This document shows positions 56,850 to 64,000 of a stretch of 64,000 nt of DNA, in pieces. Under the pieces are notes generated by a model, which worked only from the letters and a program-made list of their open reading frames with translations, had not been told where the DNA came from and ran no database searches. Source of the DNA: a virus. A program made the translations under genes and the position numbers. Within the stretch, counting starts at the first letter, position 1. Every line of letters starts with the position of its first letter. Where the stretch lies: the IMG/VR virus record IMGVR_UViG_3300028840_008180, positions 1 to 64,000 of that record, one strand, 5' to 3'.

Positions 56850-57634
56850 TTACGTACAGCAGCATTGGTCACATGGGTCGCTTGGGAAACCAACTATTTG
56901 AATTTGCTGCGACTATTGGTACGGCCATCAAGAACGACATGCCCTACATGTTTCGCCCGTGGTACTACAACCAGTTCCTTCAAAACCCAATCCCCACCGA
57001 CAAGAACCTGAAAGTGCCTGCTAAGAGGTTTAGAGAGCAGCATTATTACTACCAGGATATCCGGTTAACGGAACCGACTGATCTCGTGGGCTTTTTCCAG
57101 AGCGAGAAGTACTTTAAGCATTGTGAGTCACTCATCCGATATCACTTTGAGCTTAGACATGACTTACGAGATTACCTAAAGAAGAAGTACAAGCGGATGC
57201 TTGATCAAAAGCCTTGTTCCCTCCATGTGCGGCTGACAGATTATCTCGTCCGTGGTAACTTTGCGAACCTTACGAAGGACTATTACAAAAAGGCAATACG
57301 CCATGTGACGGAACACTTCAATAATGACCCAATATTCTTAATCTTCTCAGATGACATCAAATTGGCTAAGCGATTGTATCGGAGTAAGCGATTCGTTTAT
57401 ATCCACGAAGAGCTTGATATACTTGACATGTTCTTGATGTCGATGTGTGACTCACACATTATCGCTAATTCGAGTTTTTCGTGGTGGGGCGCATGGCTTG
57501 CCAACAACCAAAAGGTGGTTGCGCCTGAGCGTTGGTATAAAGGTAGGAAAATGAATCCAAACGTACCCTTCATAAAGGGCGGTTGGCACGAGATGCGGGA
57601 CTTGCGGCCCGAACCTTGGGTGATCATCGACTAG
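56846..57634 (+). CDS. GT11 alpha-1,2-fucosyltransferase-like protein
   Basis: GRLGNQLF, FQSEKYF, HVR..DY, FSDD, IANSSFSWWGAWL. Confidence 0.92.
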   Translation: MITYSSIGHMGRLGNQLFEFAATIGTAIKNDMPYMFRPWYYNQFLQNPIPTDKNLKVPAKRFREQHYYYQDIRLTEPTDLVGFFQSEKYFKHCESLIRYHFELRHDLRDYLKKKYKRMLDQKPCSLHVRLTDYLVRGNFANLTKDYYKKAIRHVTEHFNNDPIFLIFSDDIKLAKRLYRSKRFVYIHEELDILDMFLMSMCDSHIIANSSFSWWGAWLANNQKVVAPERWYKGRKMNPNVPFIKGGWHEMRDLRPEPWVIID

Positions 57635-58485
57635 AACTTTAGGGTTAGGCATTTGCATGCCCCACCGGCCTTGATAAACTCGCTCATATCAATAGGATGG
57701 CAGGTGTAACCCTCGTTTCTCAGTAACCTCATTGTGTTTTCACAATGTGTGGGGATGATGACATCTTTACCCAGGATGACGGAGTTGCATGCGAAATTGT
57801 TGGCGTCGGCTTGGCTGACACGGATAGTTTTGAAGGTACTTTCAATTTCGTGCTGCTCGTGGTCAGCGAAAGCGCCTGGGTAGTACATAACCTTTTCGTC
57901 GTCTAGCGGACAGAAGCATGTATCCAGGTGGTAGAATTGCTTGTTGGAAAGCTTCAGTGGGAGTGTATTAACACCCAGTAATTTACCGATCAAATCGATG
58001 GCAGCGTAATCCGTGCGGAAACCGTACCCACAACACAGTAGATCGCCTGCGAATAAGGCGTCACCTGCACCTTCAAAGGAGTGCTGATTGAGGATATGGA
58101 TGAACTTGAATCGACGTTGAAACATGTTCCAGCTATTCTTTCGGGTCCGAGCCCAACAAAGCCAATACTCTTCTTCTGGTTGCCTTTCCTTGTGTTTGAA
58201 ACTCGCCAGCACAAAATGGTCACCGTACACCAAACCTGAATTTGCTGAAAAGACGCCATCAGGACAACCAGGAAGCTTCACTTTGATGGTAAAGGCACCG
58301 AGTCTAGCTAACGTATTAACAAGCTCCACCCATTGTGAACACGCCTTCTCTTTGTTCACATTGTTCTTTTCAGGATGCATCCAAGGATTGATTTTGTATG
58401 TCACGTCATACGTGGAGAACGGTGTAGAAACCAAGACGCAGCCGTGCGGAAACAGTTGTTTGTGCAGATACTCTTGTTCGTGCAT
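57631..58485 (-). CDS. amidinotransferase/DDAH (pentein) family enzyme
   Basis: INPWM, PDGVFSAN, FEGAGD, YHLDTCF, KAGGACKCLT. Confidence 0.88.
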   Translation of the reverse strand: MHEQEYLHKQLFPHGCVLVSTPFSTYDVTYKINPWMHPEKNNVNKEKACSQWVELVNTLARLGAFTIKVKLPGCPDGVFSANSGLVYGDHFVLASFKHKERQPEEEYWLCWARTRKNSWNMFQRRFKFIHILNQHSFEGAGDALFAGDLLCCGYGFRTDYAAIDLIGKLLGVNTLPLKLSNKQFYHLDTCFCPLDDEKVMYYPGAFADHEQHEIESTFKTIRVSQADANNFACNSVILGKDVIIPTHCENTMRLLRNEGYTCHPIDMSEFIKAGGACKCLTLKF

Positions 58486-58504
58486 AGCGATCCTCCTATT
58501 TAAG

Positions 58505-58533
58505 GTATCGTCACTAATCGCACGAAACTTTAG
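58505..58533 (-). promoter_or_regulatory. sigma28-like promoter
   Basis: CTAAAGTTT, 16 nt from TAAA to GACGATAC. Confidence 0.65.
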
Positions 58534-58886
58534 CCTTCTGGGCTGATATCCTCAGGTTCGGGGGTAGAATCACCTAATCCTGGTAGTTCAGGAGGGGTTG
58601 CCGCCTTGCCTACTTTTGTGAGCCCATCGAGCCTATCCACCTCATTGATAAGCTCTTGTATGGATTTCTGACCATGGCTGCCGATCCAACCCTGAATTTC
58701 TGAGAGGTAACTCCGTAATTCGGAGTACTTTTCAAGGTCTTTGGGCAGTCGGGGGTATTGGTCTATCCGAGCGGAAAGAACGTTGTTCACGGTTTCATCA
58801 TCTGCGCCTGCTGCGCCAACGGCGTCAAGCACAATCCGCCTCGCCTCGCCATGAGTGATTTCTTCTAGCCAGAGCTTGAACCTCAT
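58530..58886 (-). CDS. protein with capsid-targeting-like N-terminus
   Basis: Starts MRFKLWLEE. Confidence 0.65.
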   Translation of the reverse strand: MRFKLWLEEITHGEARRIVLDAVGAAGADDETVNNVLSARIDQYPRLPKDLEKYSELRSYLSEIQGWIGSHGQKSIQELINEVDRLDGLTKVGKAATPPELPGLGDSTPEPEDISPEG

Positions 58887-59647
58887 TCATCCTCCACTAT
58901 AATTGGTATTGGTAGATACTTAGGTGGTACCGCCAATAATTTCCCGTTCCTTTCGATGGGAATCTTGTTCCATGGGTTGTTTTTCTGGGGAATGATATCC
59001 GGATCACCATAGATCATGAAAGCCCAACCCCTCCAAACCTTGTGGAATTTCTCCCAAGACCACGTCTGGATAGATAAGCTACGGTCTGCGTTATCAATAA
59101 CCTTGATAATCTTCTTATTTGGGTCATAGTGAACGAGAACAAGCATATGTCCCTTGATATCAAAGGCAACGCCCCGTCGCTCAATCTTACAACCCCGTAT
59201 GAGTAAATCGGTACGTGTCGTATCCTGCGGCCAGACGACTCGATATTTGATCTTCTTTTCATCTAAGAGAGCCTTAACCGGTGGCCACCAAGCTCCGTCT
59301 TGGCATCTAGGGTCACCACCATCTTCCGGGTCCTTCGTGATATCGTAAAGGCTTTTGATTTCTGCGTAGCGTGCCAACATTTCCAGACTACACCAAACGC
59401 AGTTGCCATTTTCGTTAAGTACCCTATCTTTACGTGGTATAGGAACTTGAACGCCTCTTAACTCTTTGTTCTCAGGGACTTTTTTTGTTTGATAGAAGTT
59501 ATTAAGTGGCCCTGGCGCTCCATCTAGCCCTGAAGAAACTGAGTAAACGCATTGATCCAGTGCGACTGCTTGGATGTGAGAGGTGGGAACTCCCAGCAGT
59601 ACACTTAGGATCATGATAACCGAAACGAGTCGGTGTAACATATTCAC
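58883..59647 (-). CDS. exported papain-fold (C39-like) cysteine peptidase
   Basis: Signal peptide; GNCVWCS; GHMLVL; VIDN. Confidence 0.55.
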   Translation of the reverse strand: MNMLHRLVSVIMILSVLLGVPTSHIQAVALDQCVYSVSSGLDGAPGPLNNFYQTKKVPENKELRGVQVPIPRKDRVLNENGNCVWCSLEMLARYAEIKSLYDITKDPEDGGDPRCQDGAWWPPVKALLDEKKIKYRVVWPQDTTRTDLLIRGCKIERRGVAFDIKGHMLVLVHYDPNKKIIKVIDNADRSLSIQTWSWEKFHKVWRGWAFMIYGDPDIIPQKNNPWNKIPIERNGKLLAVPPKYLPIPIIVEDE

Positions 59648-59699
59648 CCCCTAAATTGCTGTTTCCACTACGTATATACCGCATCAAGATGAGAAAGCT

Positions 59700-60500
59700 A
59701 TGAACCCATACCTAGAAGCAAAATTTGCCAATTTTGGATTTGGTGACGAAGAATCCGAACAAAGCATTAAAGACCGGAGTCCAAATTTCCCAAGTGAGGA
59801 TGGAGATGGTAACCTTCCGCTTCATAGTTTCGACCTGGATTACGCTACGGACCTTATTAGTGAACATCCAGTTGGTATGAAACAACCACGTAAACTCTTT
59901 ATCGATAAAGTGATATGGGGAGAAGACGTTGGCGCACTACGTTTGACCTTCGGTACCGTGAACGACATAATCATTGACCGCCTTTCAACCGACCTTGAAG
60001 GTATGCCAGTTTGGATCACGAAGAGGATCATGAACATCAACCGAGAGTTCTTTTCGCAACGAGAGCAAGAGGTGGTGCAGGAGATTTTCAAGAATCTGGA
60101 AGAGATCGATGAGACGCAGATCGATAGCCCTCTACGCAACTATCAAGACTTCGAGAAGCTGGTAACGGCTGTTGCCTATCGCACAGGAATGGTAGCAAAT
60201 GATCCGCTCTTCATAGACGGGGTCACAAAGATAAGCGACGAGCGGTACTTGGTTGTATTCGGCGTGCGAGGCATGGGTCAGGGAGCACCAGAACAAAGCC
60301 GGGTGAATGAAGTCTTAATCGACATGAACTTTGATCCTAAAACTGGTGTCATCAAGATCATTGAGGGTAACATCGAGTCGATGCATAAGAAAGGAATGGA
60401 ATGGGCTCTGGTACCTTCGGACTTCATTATTCACTTCATGCCATCACAACCTAAAGATGAGATTGTGTCATCGATTTCAACCATCATGAAATGGTTTTAA
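59700..60500 (+). CDS. hypothetical protein with internal duplication
   Basis: 266 aa; LFIDKV and LFIDGV repeats. Confidence 0.65.
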   Translation: MNPYLEAKFANFGFGDEESEQSIKDRSPNFPSEDGDGNLPLHSFDLDYATDLISEHPVGMKQPRKLFIDKVIWGEDVGALRLTFGTVNDIIIDRLSTDLEGMPVWITKRIMNINREFFSQREQEVVQEIFKNLEEIDETQIDSPLRNYQDFEKLVTAVAYRTGMVANDPLFIDGVTKISDERYLVVFGVRGMGQGAPEQSRVNEVLIDMNFDPKTGVIKIIEGNIESMHKKGMEWALVPSDFIIHFMPSQPKDEIVSSISTIMKWF

Positions 60501-60742
60501 GATTGGAATAAGACACCGCCGTTGTTTCCACCATCACCAAGATACTTGCACTCATAGCTCTTTGGCTTCGGTGAACTACGCCCGTGCTTTCTGGATAGCT
60601 GCTTCAATGCGCAGTTCAGCTTATCCCGTAGCATCACCGCTTCTTCGTGAGAAAGTGAAACTGTTTGGGTGAATTTACCCTCCACTTGGTTGACTTCAAA
60701 AACAAGATCGCCCAAGGACGCTTTGACATGTATTCCTACCAT
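60497..60742 (-). CDS. hypothetical protein
   Basis: 81 aa. Confidence 0.55.
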   Translation of the reverse strand: MVGIHVKASLGDLVFEVNQVEGKFTQTVSLSHEEAVMLRDKLNCALKQLSRKHGRSSPKPKSYECKYLGDGGNNGGVLFQS

Positions 60743-60752
60743 GGTTTTACTC

Positions 60753-61211
60753 CTAAATCCAAGGTGGTGCTTTCTCTGGGGGTTTATAGAGTGGTAATTT
60801 GCCCTCTCGAAGAATCTGTTTGACGTGGTCGATGGCTTGACCTATGTTATAAATGGTCTCTAATAGGTCGGGATCATCCTCTTCAGAACGAACACCCACC
60901 TTGAGGTCCTCATATTGTTCGGTGGCAGCATCAACCAGCATCTCTAACACTGCCTTCGGAATCATGGGGTCGGGAACGCTATCGCAGATGGTTGCGTTAA
61001 CGATATTGCCGCAAAGCCGTTCTTCCACCAGCGGGTCTATCCAGTACATTTCGCCGCACTTCCAACACTTGATGATCTCGACTTCTTGATGTTGTTGGCC
61101 TGGGTAGAATCCGACGATCCAGTTCATAGCACAGCAGTCGGGGCACTCTCGACATTCATAGGGTATGTCTTCCCTACCGAGCCACTTCAAATTCATATTG
61201 ATATTCGACAT
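60753..61211 (-). CDS. zinc-ribbon protein
   Basis: CPDC and CWKC. Confidence 0.6.
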   Translation of the reverse strand: MSNINMNLKWLGREDIPYECRECPDCCAMNWIVGFYPGQQHQEVEIIKCWKCGEMYWIDPLVEERLCGNIVNATICDSVPDPMIPKAVLEMLVDAATEQYEDLKVGVRSEEDDPDLLETIYNIGQAIDHVKQILREGKLPLYKPPEKAPPWI

Positions 61212-61971
61212 GGAAGAACTCCTTAATCCCTTCCGTTAGGCCCGGTTCATAGAGCCCGAAGTCGATGTGGAAGATCGAGTCAACCGTTAGTTTATGATCT
61301 TTCAACCACTCATGCAAGACCGGTGACAAAAGGGCGTAGTACGGGCTGAGTTGACCGTTAGCTACCCACCGTAGCAATGCACGTCCCTCTACCGCTTTTT
61401 CCACGTTCTCCCGTGTTAATTCCTTCAATCGGGTTGTGAGAAACTCCTTATCATCCATGAGTAGCCCCGTGACACGTTTTTCGTCGTTCCGGTCAACTCC
61501 CCGCTCCTCGGCGGTAAGTGGTTGGGCTATTTGGTAATCGTACAGTTTCTTCCAAAGATACCACCTCTTCCAAGCCCTCTCACCTAACAAGCAACTTGGG
61601 GTGACACACAGGAGGTAATCTTTGTTCTTCTTCGTCATGGACTTTAGTATGTCGAACTGCGCCCGGACGTATAACGGATAATCACTATCCTCTATCTGCC
61701 TGTCCTTTTCACGCAACAGTTTGTAACAACATTTGAACAGGTAGGTCTTGCGAGGGTCGCCACGATTCGCCCTTCCCATCTGGTCAGGGCATGCCCGGCG
61801 CATGTTGTCCTTGAACAAACAAGCAATCTTGTATGCCTTCGCTTCCATTGAAGTCATCTCATAGTTGAGAATCGTTTCAAGGCATCTTATTTCCATTGAC
61901 ATAGATTCTGACATTGTCGGCGGTCCAATAAGCACTACCAAGTTTTTTCTTGCCGGTAATATAGATGGCAA
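61174..61971 (-). CDS. hypothetical protein
   Basis: Long helical ORF; start uncertain. Confidence 0.6.
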   Translation of the reverse strand: MPSILPARKNLVVLIGPPTMSESMSMEIRCLETILNYEMTSMEAKAYKIACLFKDNMRRACPDQMGRANRGDPRKTYLFKCCYKLLREKDRQIEDSDYPLYVRAQFDILKSMTKKNKDYLLCVTPSCLLGERAWKRWYLWKKLYDYQIAQPLTAEERGVDRNDEKRVTGLLMDDKEFLTTRLKELTRENVEKAVEGRALLRWVANGQLSPYYALLSPVLHEWLKDHKLTVDSIFHIDFGLYEPGLTEGIKEFFHVEYQYEFEVAR

Positions 61972-62230
61972 TCATGCCGTTTCCCACTTTGAAGTTGATC
62001 CTAAAATTGGCCTCATATGAGCTAGCTGAATCGTTTCCAAGTAAGTAACTGTTGAAAGCCCCTTTCTCCTTAAAGAACTCCAGTACCATCTTCAATCGGC
62101 ACGACCTAACGAAGGTGCAAGACAGATTCACATCGACCGATTCGATGGACTTCTTGAGACACTTTCCCAAGAACCTCAACATCATGGCCCTATGAGCATT
62201 ATTCAGTCGTGGGAACTCTTCGTAAATCAT
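61877..62230 (-). CDS. YE(E/D)FPxL family paralogue 6
   Basis: MIYEEFPRL...FFKEKGAF. Confidence 0.75.
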   Translation of the reverse strand: MIYEEFPRLNNAHRAMMLRFLGKCLKKSIESVDVNLSCTFVRSCRLKMVLEFFKEKGAFNSYLLGNDSASSYEANFRINFKVGNGMIAIYITGKKKLGSAYWTADNVRIYVNGNKMP

Positions 62231-62565
62231 CCGACCATCGTTCCATCTCGGTAAATCCAGAAACAGTGGTAACCATTACAATTAAACAACTTCGTGTAGA
62301 CTCTTATCTTTATACGAGGTTGCAACCCGTGCCCAGTTATCTCTTCTATCTCAATGGTGTGGCTTTCCAACCCGTTCTTATTCATAAAAAACTTACAGAC
62401 GCACGCAAGGTCATTTTCTATACAACGCCTCACCAAACCAAACCCGACGCCACCACCGTACAAGTTCCGAAATCTCTTCACCACATTCCTACACGTTGCG
62501 TCTATCAACTTCAGCAACGTCGTTGTCGCTACATCTTTCAAGTCTGGGAACTCTTCGTACCTCAT
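62227..62565 (-). CDS. YE(E/D)FPxL family paralogue 5
   Basis: MRYEEFPDL...FFMNKNGL. Confidence 0.75.
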   Translation of the reverse strand: MRYEEFPDLKDVATTTLLKLIDATCRNVVKRFRNLYGGGVGFGLVRRCIENDLACVCKFFMNKNGLESHTIEIEEITGHGLQPRIKIRVYTKLFNCNGYHCFWIYRDGTMVG

Positions 62566-62900
62566 GCAACTACCCTTCGCTCTACCGCCATCTGCCCGTC
62601 TGGCACCAGTAGAAAATCCAGGTTCTGTAGGTTCTTCTGAAACCCCAGGTAGACACTAACCTCAATATCACCACGATCATTTCTCTTTACAAAGTACGAT
62701 GAAACAAGCATTGCACTCTTACTCTTGAAAAACCGTAGGACCTCCCTAATACCTAGGTCGATGGCACTTACCAACCTCTCCGACTCAAATATCCAGACAC
62801 CGTAGTGCTCGAAAATCGCATTCGTACAAGAGGATTTGATTAACTTTACAACCACGTCCTCGCTACCACCTCTCAGATTCGGAAACTCTTCGTATCTCAT
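62562..62900 (-). CDS. YE(E/D)FPxL family paralogue 4
   Basis: MRYEEFPNL...FFKSKSAM. Confidence 0.75.
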   Translation of the reverse strand: MRYEEFPNLRGGSEDVVVKLIKSSCTNAIFEHYGVWIFESERLVSAIDLGIREVLRFFKSKSAMLVSSYFVKRNDRGDIEVSVYLGFQKNLQNLDFLLVPDGQMAVERRVVA

Positions 62901-63262
62901 CCCACGATCCTCCATCGACCATCCGACACGCAAACAATATATGGAAAGATGCGGGGGTAACCCTTCCGCATGTCGAAACTTACCAACCAATGATCCGGTG
63001 TGCCTAGTGCTTCTATAGTAATACCACTAGCCTCGAAGGCGTGCTTAGAGTTGAAGAATTGTTGCAGTCGTTCCAAGTCTATCCGCACGTACCTCAAATG
63101 TGTCCGTCTCGCCGAGTCGAGGTGATGCTGCTCCACCATACCAAAGAAACTGTAACTGATAAGTAGCGAATCTCTGATCGAATTGCGTATAGATTGCTCC
63201 ACCAACTTGCTAAGTGGTATAGGTCTCGCATTCTTCAAGTTTGGGAAGTCTTCGTATTTCAT
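62897..63262 (-). CDS. YE(E/D)FPxL family paralogue 3
   Basis: MKYEDFPNL...FFNSKHAF. Confidence 0.75.
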   Translation of the reverse strand: MKYEDFPNLKNARPIPLSKLVEQSIRNSIRDSLLISYSFFGMVEQHHLDSARRTHLRYVRIDLERLQQFFNSKHAFEASGITIEALGTPDHWLVSFDMRKGYPRIFPYIVCVSDGRWRIVG

Positions 63263-63627
63263 CTCGTTACAACCCATCTCATGTTGTCGATCCTAATTCC
63301 AAATACGAGACAACCATGCTTCGGCCCAAAAGTACCGAATCTTTCGTAGGTAAAGTATAACCGCCACTTCTTCCCTGCAACCCTTGTTACTTGTGTAGCC
63401 GAAGACTTAAACGCACGTTTATTTTTGAAGAAACGACGCACCTCATTTAAGCCGTTTTGCACCTTGGTCAACTCTGGATTGAGGTTCGCAAGCTCTACAA
63501 CTGTTGGCCCCTCAGTGTACCAATATCTAAGTGACTTTTCAATGGCACGTTGAAACGATTTACCCATCAACGATACCACCCGAGTTCGGTTAGCCGTTAA
63601 GAGGTCTGGGAAGTCTTCGTAATTCAT
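63259..63627 (-). CDS. YE(E/D)FPxL family paralogue 2
   Basis: MNYEDFPDL...FFKNKRAF. Confidence 0.75.
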   Translation of the reverse strand: MNYEDFPDLLTANRTRVVSLMGKSFQRAIEKSLRYWYTEGPTVVELANLNPELTKVQNGLNEVRRFFKNKRAFKSSATQVTRVAGKKWRLYFTYERFGTFGPKHGCLVFGIRIDNMRWVVTR

Positions 63628-63980
63628 TCCACCACCCATTGGTTATTTTTGAGAAGAACGCTGAAGGTTACTCTACATGTACTTGAACGTCTTAGAAAGC
63701 TAACATTGATACTCCACCTGGGCCCGGTTCCCTTATGCGTACTAACATACGAATGCTGAAAGGCATCTTTTTTCTCAAAAAAGCGACAGATGCTTTCCAA
63801 ATCCCGACGCAAATCAAGCATATCTTCGAGCAAAGCCCGCATAGATGATGGGTGGCCGTTTACGTCGGTGTACAACCTCTTAAGCGATGCGGCTGTCGCC
63901 TTCATGAATACCACCTTCAAGAAAATCGCCAGCTTAGTCCCGTCCGCCGTTTGTAGGTTTGGGAAATCTTCGTACAACAT
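63624..63980 (-). CDS. YE(E/D)FPxL family paralogue 1
   Basis: MLYEDFPNL...FFEKKDAF. Confidence 0.75.
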   Translation of the reverse strand: MLYEDFPNLQTADGTKLAIFLKVVFMKATAASLKRLYTDVNGHPSSMRALLEDMLDLRRDLESICRFFEKKDAFQHSYVSTHKGTGPRWSINVSFLRRSSTCRVTFSVLLKNNQWVVE

Positions 63981-64000
63981 ATCACCACCTGTAGTATCTT

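Overview
A 64 kb segment of a large T4-like (myovirus-type, probably jumbo) phage genome. The switch-I region of its EF-Tu points to a Planctomycetota host (inference). Main content: (1) a neck, tail and baseplate module (gp13, two gp14-like genes, gp15, sheath, three tube paralogues, gp26 with a likely -1 frameshift); (2) a gp55-like sigma factor; (3) nucleotide and recombination genes (DHFR, ThyA, PyrG, class II RNR, Hjc-type resolvase, intein-containing gp46, gp47, UvsW); (4) many glycan-building and glycan-modifying enzymes; (5) an operon of 14 tRNA genes (7 Leu, 5 Ser, 1 Phe, 1 Tyr) with EF-Tu and a 2H phosphoesterase. The strongest signal is an unannotated 26-codon leader ORF plus terminator in front of the tRNA operon. 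Sixteen consecutive codons of the leader are only Leu/Ser/Phe/Tyr and cover all 11 anticodon classes encoded downstream. This looks like a ribosome-stalling attenuator that switches on replacement tRNAs and EF-Tu when the matching host tRNAs fail. Also found: seven sigma28-like promoters with identical spacing, short-arm tRNA-Leu genes, a tRNA-like ncRNA candidate and a tandem array of six diverged paralogues. All calls are by eye; no searches or folding programs were run.
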